Shown here piece after piece: positions 22,445-33,892 of a DNA stretch of 64,000 nucleotides. The notes under the pieces were generated by a model that did not search any database, was not told where the DNA came from, and saw only the letters and a list, made by a program, of their open reading frames with translations. Within the stretch, counting starts at the first letter, position 1. The number at the start of each line of letters is the position of its first letter. Made by a program: the position numbers and the translations under genes. The DNA comes from Piedraia hortae CBS 480.64 (lineage: Eukaryota). The stretch covers positions 310,001-374,000 of the forward strand of contig MU005965.1 of NCBI GenBank assembly GCA_010093745.1, given 5' to 3'.

Positions 22445-22805
22445 TGTTGGATTCAAGCATCGCCGCTAGCGCGTATGCAGGGCACTTGCATAGCAAGTCA
22501 GCGATACCTCCTACACTACCAGCTGCACCCTAGGTTTTTGCCTCACAGAGGTTTTCCCTCAGGGTCATGTCATATGTGACATGGTGAATACGCCCCGCTA
22601 GTGTACGACGTGACGTCACCGGCCCACCGGAACAGAATTTTCATTCTGAACGTCCCCTTATTGAAAAATAGTCATTCACACTACCATGCTGCAACTGGTA
22701 TTTTGACTTACATACATCTACATCTTTCCTGTCCCTGTTTCCGTCTATCGCTCCGCCCTCTTCGGGTCGCTGTGCACTCTCACCCACGAGAGCTAAATAC
22801 CTACA
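22445..22805. mobile_element. Solo LTR, family C (copy 1) with 5-bp TSD CAACC
   Basis: 361 bp, TGTTGG...CCTACA; CAACC at 22440-22444 and 22806-22810; nearly identical to the reverse complement of 50618-50977. Confidence 0.92.
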
Positions 22806-23581
22806 CAACCCCGCACTCCGTTCAGGTCGAGCGCACGGGGCAGACCCTGGCTCATCCTCATCGTACGGTGGCTTTGGGACTGACCCGCCCTGTCGATGCG
22901 GCCTAAGCGTTACTGCCACCACGGCGCTCGCATCACTTGGCAGGAATGCACTCACTGATCGCATCGCGAACCAATAAGTCTCGCATTCCCTGACGGGACA
23001 GGCGGACAGAAACAAGCACCCAACCCATCAGTTGAGGTCTCTTGGCTCTGCCAAATGCCGTGCCATGAGCTGGTTCGTTTGCAGAGAGGTGGGCTACTCG
23101 CTTGGTTGAGCGAGCTGACGATTCACATACAAATGTTGCCACAATCTGGTCCACTCCCTGTCTTCTCTTGGCCGCATGGTGGGGCTCCGGTGGGAATCGC
23201 CAATCATGTTGGCTCGTCAGGATGGTAGTGTCGAGCGGGGAAGGGGGTGCCAATGTCCCCACAATTGCTTGGGGAGGGCCCACAAGAACTTCTTGCTTGC
23301 TGTTCCATGATACCGTAGTCAAGATGTATATCAGGCTTCTTTAGACAGGACGGAGCCTGACAAACGAAATGGTGAGTGAACTGTTTCTCTTTTATCTACA
23401 GGGTGGCCATCGTACTATTTGTATCTTGAGTGTGGGTGTCAAACCATGGATTATGATAGGGACGCCCAAGGGTTTGGATAAGGCATGGAAGTCAGTGAAG
23501 TATTGGGACAAACCTACCCTGTAGCGACTTTGGTCATGTTGAATATTTCTGCCAAGGAAAACAACGCGACAGGGTGTTGCC

Positions 23582-23903
23582 TGTTGGATTCAAGCAGCGA
23601 TACCTCCTACACTACCAGCTGCACCCTAGGTTTTTTCCTTCACAGAGATTTCCCCTCAGGGTCATGTCATATGTGACATGGCAAATGCGCCCTGCTAGTG
23701 TACGACGTGACGTCACCGGCCCACCGGTACAGAATTTTCATTCTGACGTCCCCTAATAGATATAGATAGTCATGCACACTGTCATATCGACACTGGTATT
23801 GACTCATATATATCTACATCTGTCCTGCCCCTGATTCCGTCTATCGCTTCGTCCTCTTCGGGTCGCTGCGCACTCCTACCCACGGTAGCCCAAAATCGCT
23901 ATA
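23582..23903. mobile_element. Solo LTR, family C (copy 2), with an internal deletion of about 40 bp
   Basis: Starts TGTTGGATTCAAGCA, ends GCTATA; no TSD; shares diagnostic variants with 50084-50443. Confidence 0.85.
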
Positions 23904-24363
23904 AAAAATCCTTCTCAGCTTATTCCTGTTCGTCACCTGCAGTTTTACATGCTTGGACTTGCCGGCGCTGGTTGACGCTGTCATGCGCATATCATCCAGT
24001 ATGTTAGCTTGCGTAGCATGGTCGCTCCGTTCTTCATATGTTTCGTCGCTGCTCGCTTCATAAGTAATGTTGGAGTTTACATGAACATTAGAGGATGAGA
24101 TTGTGGAGACTTCATGTTCAGCTGCCTGAACAGCAACACAGTGTTTGTTTGTAGCGTCTTCGTTGGAGTTTGGGCCTTTTGTTTCTTGCTGGGGGTGGCG
24201 CGCGCTTTGGGTTTTCCACAGCAGCAAGCTGCTTTCCCGTCTTGCAATGCAGGGTGTCTTGCTTACGCGTGACCTGTGCGTCTACGTTAAGATTGACAGA
24301 TTGATCTTGCGATATTTCATAATCGCTGAGCCCGTGCTCGAACTCAAGATCAGAGAGAGTCAT
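23904..24363 (-). pseudogene. Frameshifted, LTR-truncated paralogue of the 21256-21888 orphan
   Basis: LSDLEFE vs FSDPEFE and GKSKHVKLQVTNRNKLRRIF vs GKSKVVKLRVAEKDKLKNIF; similarity ends at the LTR boundary. Confidence 0.65.
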
Positions 24364-25369
24364 CTTGCAGGTAAAGCATTTTCCTGGCAGGATTTGGGTC
24401 GCGGCCCGGCATTGAAAAAAAAGCAAAGTGCTACGTTACTGTGGTGCACAGGAAGAAAATCAGGGGCGTGCGCGGAGATAAAGGGCAGGGGTTGGTGCAA
24501 AGAGGCCGAGGAAATTACCCTTCTGATAAATGAACACGTGAAGATCCATGAAGAGCAGGCTCTAAATGGTGTTTTTACGAAGGGGTACAGATTTCTAGAT
24601 TTATCAATTTGGGTTGGGTCGACATCAATAAGGCAGTTAATCCTGGTTATAGCGGACAAAGGTAACAAGGCACTCCTTCTATAGCGGGCTGTCAGCATCC
24701 TGATATGGTCTCTCCAGTCCTGTGGCAACCTGGATATAGCAAATTTCTTGATATAGCGGACGAATCATGCGTCAGATCAGTCCGATATATGCAGGTTCAA
24801 CTGTACACACGCTGTATTCGAGGAGCGACTGCCGAACCGTTCCACCAAGCACAAAATCAGATCGTACATGATTTTAATTCCTACACGGTTATACGTCTCA
24901 GTCGTGTGTCTTTATGCTGGTTCATTCAGGAGGAAGAGCTACGTTCTCAGATGCTTTTACGAAACTATCAAAATTTTACCAAGCGTGCCACTGGAGATTG
25001 TTTTTTCCTCTCGGAGGGAAAGTGTAAAAAAGCCCCAGTCAATTTTGGCGCGCCAAAATCGATAGCTAATGTATTTAAGAATTCAACTACTCTCAGGCCA
25101 GGTTGAAAAGATGACAGAAAACCCGGATGGGTTGTAATTTGCTTTGTACGCAGCATTCCCGTTGCTTGTCCTAACATACGTTTGATCGGTGTCTATATCT
25201 TTTTTTCATAGGTGGCGAAGTGTCGAACGCACCCTTACTAATCTCACATCCCGGTAAAATCTTGGGCGAAGAATCTGCGACCCCCACAGTGGCGGCTTCA
25301 ACCCTGACCCTATCACGTAATCCGCACATTAAACCTCACCGCACCCCACATTTTCACACATCATCCACC

Positions 25370-25885
25370 ATGCTTCCAAAGAATAAATATTCCACCAAGC
25401 ACAGCGCCACCAAGGATGGCAGTAAGAAGCGCAATGCAGCCGATCAGCCTGATGATACCCCTCCGCCTCGGAGACCCAAAGTAGAACCCGAAGACGATGC
25501 AAAGGACCACGGGATTAACCCCGAAGAAGTCCAATCTGCTGACAGCAGTTCGTCCGTCAGTTCCCAATCAACTATTAATAAGTACATTGCATCCGACCAG
25601 CCCGACGGTGACATTGTACCTCCAATACTCCAAGCGTCATCCAAAAACGTTGAAAGGGACCACGAGATTAACCCTGAAGTATTTCAATCCGTGGACAACA
25701 ATTCGTCCTTCGATTCCTGGTCAATTTACGGTCGTCCTGTAGAGAATCCCGCTTCCGTGGCCATCACACCGATGATGACTATGGACGAAGGAGTTGCATT
25801 CCTGCAGCAGACCAATCTTATGCTTCCAGATTACTTGGATCTGTTCCTGAGTGTAGACTCTGCTGTTGTTGCCAACGCAATGTAA
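25370..25885 (+). CDS. Hypothetical protein with an internal ~50-aa duplication
   Basis: CCACCATG start context; DQPD...DHGINPEEVQSADSSSS repeated as DQPD...DHEINPEVFQSVDNNSS. Confidence 0.45.
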   Translation: MLPKNKYSTKHSATKDGSKKRNAADQPDDTPPPRRPKVEPEDDAKDHGINPEEVQSADSSSSVSSQSTINKYIASDQPDGDIVPPILQASSKNVERDHEINPEVFQSVDNNSSFDSWSIYGRPVENPASVAITPMMTMDEGVAFLQQTNLMLPDYLDLFLSVDSAVVANAM

Positions 25886-28199
25886 GCTCGCAATCAACAG
25901 ATTTTTAATGGAGACTCTTTTGAAGATGAAGGAGGGGTTGGACTCCATGCAGGAGCAGGTGAATACGCTGGTTCGTTCGTGGGAGGATCCTTGTGCTGGG
26001 TCAGTTGGGGGTTTGGTGGTGTGATAGGGTTGAATGTTGACTGAATGTAGGTTGGCTGGCATTGGACGCGGTAGACGCATTACGGGGGAAGAAGGTTGTT
26101 CTTGGGAGTGCTCAATTGATGGTACGTACTAACTTCTTGACCTTGAAGGGAGATTGAATTGACAAGATCTCTTGCAGAGAGATGCGACAACTTTGAAGGA
26201 GATGTGTGGTCTAGAGGCTAGGTTAACAGTTTGATTGGTGTATTCATGTAGCATGAGATACTCCGAAGATAGGTGTAGAAACCTTTATACCTCTCGGTCG
26301 TTACTTTTTTTTCTTCATGCAGCGCTCATGGTCTTCCCAGTCGTATCTGACATGTCCGGGTGATGATATTTGCTCCGGAACATTCGTTAGGCATTTGGTG
26401 GCAAGCCCTGGAGCGATGAGACAGCATCGAGGCCTCATAGAAGATCGTGGCAGGCGTCTTCTCCATTACAATAGTCTGGAGCGACACAGCCGGTCCGGCA
26501 CCTTGCAAGTCGGAACAGCTCCGAATGATTCCGCGTCGCATCGTAGCATTATATTGAATCTTTATGGAACTGAGGTCTTATTCCATCACCCTGAGCGAAC
26601 CTCCGCTACGAAAGCCCTAGCGACCCTATCAAGACGGCAACCCCCTCCCCAGTCACCAGCCGAATTCCTGCTAGTATCTATCCCAGGTCACCGCAAACCT
26701 TCGTCGTACCTTGCAAACCCAAACCTCGCCATAAACTTTTCGAACGCAGTGAAAATTCCCAAGCGAACAAAGAAAAATTATACGCGCAAGCCTACCGTGT
26801 ACCGGATAATCCCCCCCCCCCCCCCCACGGATCCATCAATTACTGCCAAAACAAAAAACCCACCGATTGGAGGCCGGCAGGAGATTGGAGCTCCACTCCT
26901 ACGAAAATGACATAGACCCAAACCGAACGCACATAATTTTTAAGTGCGAAGCCACCATCTACCAGTCCATTCAGGTCAAACAAACTTTCACGTCCCAGGA
27001 TGGACTTCCGCGAGCAGTGTGAAGCGGCCCTCCAAAAGAAACATCACGAGTTGGACTACAAACGACGAGATCCGTAGACAGTATCCACGGCCATCCCTCT
27101 CTCTCTCTCTCAAAGCGATCCCACCTCCAAAACCGACGAGCTTTATGAGCTACCAGCACCCCCATTCAAGGCTGTTGAGCGAGAGAAGATTAAACATATC
27201 CGATATGGAAAATTGAGAGCTGCACGCAACAGCATCAAGGGCCAAGGAAACGGATTTCTCGATACCCTAGTGCCGCTGGAGTGAGCGGTAGAGTATGATC
27301 ACGATCGAGTCATTTTACACGGACTTTGGAGGAGAGTCTCAATCAGGGATAGGTATGACTGGGTATATACAACTAGCAGCATGCAGCCTGCAAGTTTTGA
27401 TGTGAAGATCTGCTGGGTGCAAGATTTTTCTCAAGTACGTTACTTATTTTGAACTCGGACGATTGATATTTTTGTGTTCTCGGGATGTCATGGTTGGTGA
27501 AAATTCTCAATGCGATGATGTTGATCAATGGAATAGTTTTTTCAAGTACGCAAGATTGAGACGTTCACATATCTTGCTATTTGAAAGGATGTTCCGAGCA
27601 TGGCTAAGCCCGCAGTACCAATGATTTCTAAACTCGATGAGCTTCGATTAGATCTCAATGTTTATGACTGCTGAATTTTCTTCACGCGCTGGAATCTGGG
27701 CCTAATCTTCATAAAAGGGGTATGTAGGTTTGCGGCTGAACTCCACTCGATTTAGAAGACGATGCAGAGAACAAGATGGAAGATAGTCATTGGAATTATA
27801 CGGTACATATACTTGCAGCCGCAAATGTAAGAACGCAAGGAGTCACGCATCCCACAGAAAAAAGGGCAAAACGCATGAACTATGAAGGTCCTTGAAACTT
27901 TGATTTTGCAAGACTTTCCACAAAGGACGGATCCTAAGGAGTTGAGAAACACCCCATCGCGAAGAGACGGAAGCAAAACGCTCCATCTATGATCACTTTA
28001 GCACGGTAGAGGAATAGCCGTGGATGGAGGTTTCCATAACTTGCGTGAGAGCTGGCAAGGAGGTGAACTTCGCAAGCAGTAGAAAACCTTGGTGTTTAGT
28101 ATGTGTACAGGTGAGGGCAGACTATGAAGAGAGTCAGCCTCACGCGTTCGTAAACAACCACATTACGAGATATCGTCGCATCAACAGCAACGTTTTAGT

Positions 28200-28858
28200 C
28201 TACATCAGATCCGGCAGCTTTCTGACGTAGTGCGAGGGACATTCGTACCCGCCAGGGTTATTGTTCAGATAATCCTGATGGTATTTCTCGGCATCCCACC
28301 ATTGCCCGGCAGGTAGAATAGCAGTGACGATCTTTCCATGCCACCACTGTTCGTTTGCAGCCTTTGTGACTTCCTCAGCAATGGCTTTTTGCTCCTCGCC
28401 GTGGTAGAAGATGGCTGAGCGGTACTGCGTACCAACATCAGGCCCCTGGCGATTTGAAGTAGTGGGATCGTGCATCTTGTAAAAATATTCCAAGATATGG
28501 CGGTAGGTAAGCTTGGAAGGATCGAAGATGATCTCACAAGCTTCTGCATCTGTGCACGATAGTGTTGGCCCAAAAGTCAGGGCGTGGCGGGGCAGGGATA
28601 CTCACGTCCAGTGTCGCCACGACACACGGAGCGATAGGTGGGATTCTCTGTATTGCCGCCTATAAAGCCGACCTTGGCATCCAGCACGCCTTTACCGATA
28701 AAATCTCTGCGGTACAGGTGCTCGATGCCCCAGTAACAGCCGGCAGCAAGCGTTGCCTTCTGCGCACCATCAGGGAGGGCACCCGACTGACTCTCAGGGG
28801 CTACGCGCATCGTGGTTGACGCAAACGGCCGCGTCAGACGCTGGAAGATGGATGTCAT
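28200..28858 (-). CDS. msrA: Peptide methionine sulfoxide reductase A; intron 28550-28605
   Basis: AAGCYWGIE active site, PTYRSVC.G.TGHAEA after splicing, HDPTT.NRQG.DVGTQYRSAIF and AEKYHQDYL. Confidence 0.95.
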
Positions 28859-28939
28859 TGTCGGTGGTTAGCGGTAAGCGATATGACATCATGGTTTGCT
28901 AAATACATGTTGTTACAGTGAGCTATGACGCAATTACAA

Positions 28940-30646
28940 TTACTTCCCTCCCCAGAGCCACGAGAAGGCGCCCTTCTTCATGTCTCGCATCTGGGCCTCC
29001 ATCATCCGCTTTTGCTCCTCCTCCTCTTCCTTTAGCCATTGGGCTCCTTTCTCGCGAATCTGCTGCTCCAGACGCTCGTACTGTTTCTGACCCTGTTCGC
29101 GGATCTGGTCAGAGAGCATCTTGCCCTGTTCAAGACCCTCGGCCACCGACTGTCCGTCGGCAAGCACCATACCGCCCGCACCAGTGCTCGAGCCGAGCCC
29201 GAGGGCAGACGCCAGAGAGCCAAGGGGTAGCCGGGACTTCTTCTTCCGTTCCTGGACATATTTTCGGTTGAACTCTTCCCGGGCCTTGGCCTCGCGGGCT
29301 GCAAACTCGATGGCAATATCCTTACCCTCGAATGACTTCAGCACGTCACGCACATCTTCAACACCCATGGTGGCAATGTGCTCAAGGAAGGGAATTAGAG
29401 CCACAAGGTCCTTGGCGTGGGGATCCTTGGCCTCACCCGTCCACTTGGGCAGGATGATGGCGTTCTCGGGCTGATTTTGGACGTGGGGTGCATGGGTGTC
29501 GACGATGACCGTCTTGGATAATGGACGGTTGAGGTAAGAGAGGTCCTTGACGTGTTCTCCAGCCTCGTACTTTGTGGCCTCGCGGCCCAGCGGCCACATG
29601 ATGAAGTGGTAGGGATCGAGCTTCTTCATGACGGGGTCGGCCATGGCCAGCGGCACCGACGTGAACAACACGAGTTCGTAGTACTGGGAGAGATAGCGCA
29701 CAAAATAGTCAAAGCCTGGCCGCTTGGCAATGCGGTAGCCATGCTGCCGGTCCCAAGTGCTGTGAACGAGGAGGTCCTCCAGCGACAGGACCAGGGTGTA
29801 CGGCTGCCGCTGGTCTTCAGGCACATCGGGCAGCAGCTTCGGGAATGTCGGCTCTGTGTAGTGGCCGAGTTGGCGGCCCATCCGCGCCCGCGTTCGCTCG
29901 TACATGGCGCCTGGGCCCCAGCCGAACGCGTTCTCCGGCGCCAGTCCCGTCGGCGGCTCTTCATCCTCCCTGAATGGCCGGGCTAGATATAGACCGCCAG
30001 CCACAAGTGATCCAACAATGCCCACCGAGAGCCATCTGGCCATCTGGGCCCATTGACGATCCAGCGATGTCTCGTAGTCGGCACGTTTGTATTCACGCTC
30101 TCCGCGGTCTCGTGGCGCCTCCTCCGCGGCTGGTTCCACGTCCGACTGTTCCTTTCCTTTGCCTTGTTCTTTCCCTTGTCCAAACTCCAAGTCGAACGTC
30201 GACGGCAGGCCCTGACGGAGGTCGGGCAACGGCCTGTCCTGGGACCCCTGTTCCACCGCATTGTCTGCCTGTGCCTGTGCCTTTTGTGTCTGGTCACGTA
30301 GAGATCCAACAGGAGGCTCGTCTGCGTTGTTTTGTTGGGCAAGCGGCTCTTGCGATTGCGCGCTGCTACGGCTGCCGGACTCAACCGGCCGTGTACCGTC
30401 CACAGGAGTCTTGGCCCACGCTCCACTCGCTGCAGCTGCCGCACCACTCTCTTGTGCCCCGCCATGCTTCTTCGCCGACTTCTGCTGGACGTCACCCGAT
30501 GGGAGCTTCTTCCCCGGCGCTCGAAACGGCCGAGAAGACTGCGGCGGCGGTGGTTCCTTGGGCTTGCCGTCAATGGAGTAGGGGCGAACAGACGCTCCCA
30601 GCCGAGCAGTCGCCCGGCTCTGTCGCAACACGGTTCGTACAAGCAT
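28940..30646 (-). CDS. TIM50: Mitochondrial import inner membrane translocase subunit Tim50
   Basis: 568 aa from ATG 30646 with presequence MLVRTVLRQSRATARL, one TM helix and a NIF/FCP1-like domain (YTLVLSLEDLLVHSTW, KRPGFDYF, KDLSYLNR). Confidence 0.95.
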   Translation of the reverse strand: MLVRTVLRQSRATARLGASVRPYSIDGKPKEPPPPQSSRPFRAPGKKLPSGDVQQKSAKKHGGAQESGAAAAASGAWAKTPVDGTRPVESGSRSSAQSQEPLAQQNNADEPPVGSLRDQTQKAQAQADNAVEQGSQDRPLPDLRQGLPSTFDLEFGQGKEQGKGKEQSDVEPAAEEAPRDRGEREYKRADYETSLDRQWAQMARWLSVGIVGSLVAGGLYLARPFREDEEPPTGLAPENAFGWGPGAMYERTRARMGRQLGHYTEPTFPKLLPDVPEDQRQPYTLVLSLEDLLVHSTWDRQHGYRIAKRPGFDYFVRYLSQYYELVLFTSVPLAMADPVMKKLDPYHFIMWPLGREATKYEAGEHVKDLSYLNRPLSKTVIVDTHAPHVQNQPENAIILPKWTGEAKDPHAKDLVALIPFLEHIATMGVEDVRDVLKSFEGKDIAIEFAAREAKAREEFNRKYVQERKKKSRLPLGSLASALGLGSSTGAGGMVLADGQSVAEGLEQGKMLSDQIREQGQKQYERLEQQIREKGAQWLKEEEEEQKRMMEAQMRDMKKGAFSWLWGGK

Positions 30647-30766
30647 GTTGCGGTGCTTGACGGCGTGTAACGTGCAGTCTCTTCGATCCACTTTCTTAGG
30701 GTTAGACCCTAATAAGGCTAAACGGCAACACCCAACGGTAGGGTGAAAGCAGCCACATGTCGCTCG
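30647..30766. promoter_or_regulatory. 120-bp bidirectional promoter with an inverted telobox pair TTAGGGT-TAG-ACCCTAA
   Basis: Divergent ATGs at 30646 and 30767; motif at 30696-30712. Confidence 0.55.
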
Positions 30767-33499
30767 ATGAACGTGATACCATGGCTTTTCCTGGTCCTGT
30801 CCGTCCATGGCATGACCAAGGACCGTCTCTTGGCTCTCCGCAACGAGGCCAGAGACCTCTTCTACCATGGCTATAACAACTACATGGCCCATGCCTTTCC
30901 CGCGGACGAACTCAGGCCAATAACTTGCAAACCGCAATCTAGAAACCGTGAAAATCCTGCTGACGTTGGTGTGAATGATGTACTAGGTAACTACAGTGTG
31001 ACGCTAGTCGATTCGTTGTCAACTTTAGCGATTTTGGCCAGCGATGCCGATCCGAAACATGCCAAGACGGCACTAAAAGGTTTTCAGTCCGGCGTTGCTT
31101 CGTTGGTGGACCTCTATGGTGACGGGGTCAAATGCGGTAAAAAGGCCTGTGGGTTTGACCTGGACAGCAAAGTGCAGGTGTTTGAAACAACAATTAGGGG
31201 AGTGGGAGGCTTGTTGAGTGCTCATTTGTTTGCCGTGGGAGACCTCCCTATACGTGGATATTGCCCCAAGCGGAAGGCTTCTCACATTGAATGGCCCGGT
31301 TTCAAATACAATGGGCAGCTGTTGCGTTTGGCCCATGACTTGGCTTCTCGTTTGCTGCCTGCATTTGGCACGTCGACTGATCTGCCTTATCCACGAGTGA
31401 ATCTTCGACACGGTATTCCATTCTATCAGGATGCCGAACATGGCATATGCCAAGTGAATGAACAGTCGTCTGATCCAAGGGAAATCACAGAGACTTGTGC
31501 TGCGGGAGCAGGAACCTTATTACTTGAGTTCACAACTCTGAGCCGGTTGACCGGAGATGGTCGCTTCGAGGAACTTGCAAAACGTGCCTTCACTGCCGTT
31601 TGGCAGCGTCGCAGCCCCGCCGGGCTTGTTGGCAGCGGTATTGATGCCGAAACTGGCCAGTGGATTACTCCAACGCTTACTGGAATCGGGGCTGGAATCG
31701 ATAGCTTCCTTGAGTATGCTTTTAAATCCCACGTTCTGCTGTCCGGATTGAATCACAATGGATCTGAAGACTATCTGCAGGTTTGGCAGCAAGCACACGC
31801 TGCCATCAAGCGACATGTCTATCGTACGGCCGAGAAACATCCGTATTACGGACAGTCAGACTTCTTGACAGGCGCTCCTCGGTTCAGCTGGGTTGACAGC
31901 CTCTCTGCTTACTATCCTGGTTTACTCACGCTGGCCGGCGAGATTGAGGAAGCTGTCACCTCTCACCTCTTATACGTGGCTTTGTGGACGCGCTATTCAG
32001 CTCTGCCGGAACGCTGGCACACGTACAACGGCTTCATTGAACCTGCTTTCAAACACTGGGCAGGCAGACCCGAGTTTATTGAGAGTACATACTACCTGTA
32101 TCAAGCCACCAAAGACCCGTGGTTCCTGTACGTAGGCGAAATGGCAATGCGGGACATCCGCCGTCGGTGCTGGACTCGCTGTGGCTGGGCCGATTTGGGA
32201 GATGTCATCAGCGGCGAGCAGAGGGACAGAATGGAAAGCTTTTTCCTAGGGGAAACAGCCAAATACTTGTATTTGCTGCTGACGGAAAACCATCCATTGA
32301 ATGTAATGGATGCACCAATGGTTTTTTCCACAGAAGGACATCCGCTTATTGTCCCGCTTGCAGCACGACGGACCAAAACCACGACTGCCGTGAAACATGT
32401 CGAGTCTGACCAGAAGAAAAGTACCTGCCCGGCTGCATCAGCACCGCTTCTTTTGACCGTGAGCAAAGTTGCCAATCGCACAGATTTCTTTCACGCCGCC
32501 GCACTTGCCCAGCTTCCATCCAACAAGACCCTCTACCCGTGGACACTTCCACCCCAGTACTTTCCACTTAATGGCACAAGCTCGCCCATGAATAATGCCC
32601 CAATCAGTACTTTGACCTTCCCTAATCTGTTCCCTGAGCGTCACGCCGATGGAACTATCCCTTTAGGTGCCTTGCAAAAGATTTCCGACGGCATAGTAAT
32701 CAACAGCCTCTCCAACATGCGGATCAACATGGTGCAAGAACACGCTCGCAGAGGTGAACACGCCATTGTAACCTACCGTATAAGCGGCATCGCAAACGTT
32801 GCATTGGGCAAAGACGAGAGAGTTTGGCTCAACAGCAACGCACTGGACGGCATAAGCCCTTCGGACCCGCACTTCAAGAAAACCCTCGATGGGGGAATGA
32901 TTGACCTCATCCTACAAAGTGGCAACGGGAGCAGACGTAATTTCATCCCGGCCATTCTGGCTACTGGCGAGGGCGCAGCAGTACTGCCATTGTCACTCAC
33001 CTCTTCCCTTGTGGGTGCATTGCCTCATCGAAGAATCTTCTTGCTCAACGACACGCTTTGCGAGTACAACCTTCCCGAGGTCGTGGCACAAGACTTCGAC
33101 ATCCTCGTGGTCAAGAGAGGCGGTTGCACATTTCTCGAAAAGCTGGCACGCATTCCCGAGTTGGGTGACAGCTCGCTGAAGATGGTTATCGTGCTTAGCG
33201 TAAGCGACGCCGAACCACACCCTCCAAACAGAGAACTTACCCACCCCCTCTTGGAGGGGCAACAGCTCACGCCCAACGGTCAGGTTCGGCAATACCCCAT
33301 CGCTCTAGCCATGACCGACGGACGGGACGAGACCATTGCTGCGTTCCGCAATGCATCAGTGGGCGTGGGATCAGTCCAAAATAACAAGATAACCATCCAA
33401 CCCACGAAGGTCTCGGGCAAAGAACCCGCCTTCGGCATCCGAAGGCGATTCTGGTTCGAGTCTCTGGGTGTGAGAATCACTAATTTATACCTACTGTAA
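30767..33499 (+). CDS. MNL1: GH47 ER degradation-enhancing alpha-1,2-mannosidase (EDEM/Mnl1-like) with a PA-like C-terminal region
   Basis: Signal peptide MNVIPWLFLVLSVHG; FYHGYNNYM.HAFPADELRP, VFETTIR..GGLLSAH, GIDSFLEY, RPEFIESTY, DRMESFFLGETAKYLYLL, VVKRGGCTFLEK. Confidence 0.9.
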   Translation: MNVIPWLFLVLSVHGMTKDRLLALRNEARDLFYHGYNNYMAHAFPADELRPITCKPQSRNRENPADVGVNDVLGNYSVTLVDSLSTLAILASDADPKHAKTALKGFQSGVASLVDLYGDGVKCGKKACGFDLDSKVQVFETTIRGVGGLLSAHLFAVGDLPIRGYCPKRKASHIEWPGFKYNGQLLRLAHDLASRLLPAFGTSTDLPYPRVNLRHGIPFYQDAEHGICQVNEQSSDPREITETCAAGAGTLLLEFTTLSRLTGDGRFEELAKRAFTAVWQRRSPAGLVGSGIDAETGQWITPTLTGIGAGIDSFLEYAFKSHVLLSGLNHNGSEDYLQVWQQAHAAIKRHVYRTAEKHPYYGQSDFLTGAPRFSWVDSLSAYYPGLLTLAGEIEEAVTSHLLYVALWTRYSALPERWHTYNGFIEPAFKHWAGRPEFIESTYYLYQATKDPWFLYVGEMAMRDIRRRCWTRCGWADLGDVISGEQRDRMESFFLGETAKYLYLLLTENHPLNVMDAPMVFSTEGHPLIVPLAARRTKTTTAVKHVESDQKKSTCPAASAPLLLTVSKVANRTDFFHAAALAQLPSNKTLYPWTLPPQYFPLNGTSSPMNNAPISTLTFPNLFPERHADGTIPLGALQKISDGIVINSLSNMRINMVQEHARRGEHAIVTYRISGIANVALGKDERVWLNSNALDGISPSDPHFKKTLDGGMIDLILQSGNGSRRNFIPAILATGEGAAVLPLSLTSSLVGALPHRRIFLLNDTLCEYNLPEVVAQDFDILVVKRGGCTFLEKLARIPELGDSSLKMVIVLSVSDAEPHPPNRELTHPLLEGQQLTPNGQVRQYPIALAMTDGRDETIAAFRNASVGVGSVQNNKITIQPTKVSGKEPAFGIRRRFWFESLGVRITNLYLL

Positions 33500-33892
33500 C
33501 TCTTATGCATGTTCTGATGTACATATATCTGTCTGCTTTGCATGCAGCTTCTTCAATAATCCTGTCTAACAATCTATCACACAACACCACCTACAACCAC
33601 ATAACATAACAACTCCCCTGGATGTCCTTGCCCCGTCCATCCATTTTGTTTTTGATGCCGCGATTGGCCGGGGATCCATATCATAGGGTTAGGCTATCTT
33701 ATCTTTCTCACACACACATGGGCGAAATTTTTCTTCTGGTGGGGAATCACACCAACCTCCCCCACCCCGTCGAAGTCGACGTCGACGTCCAATGCTAAGC
33801 TGACATTCCATTGCAAAAACCGGGATAAAACTTCTTCGTGAAGCCCGACGAATCCTCAATTACTCTAGTACAAAACCTCTATCTATCTTGAT

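Noticed and set aside
22860..22960. Minus-strand PWWQ*RLGRIDRAGQ resembling a SNF2 helicase motif VI
   Set aside because: Too short, wrong spacing and no other helicase motifs nearby.
22445..23903. LTR-C copies 1 and 2 as the two ends of one small retroelement (TRIM)
   Set aside because: Copy 1 has its own TSD, the copies belong to different subfamilies, and no shared outer TSD exists.
30647..30937. Apparent overlap of the 665-aa TIM50 ORF with MNL1
   Set aside because: The ORF track used an upstream non-ATG start; the presequence-bearing ATG at 30646 removes the overlap.
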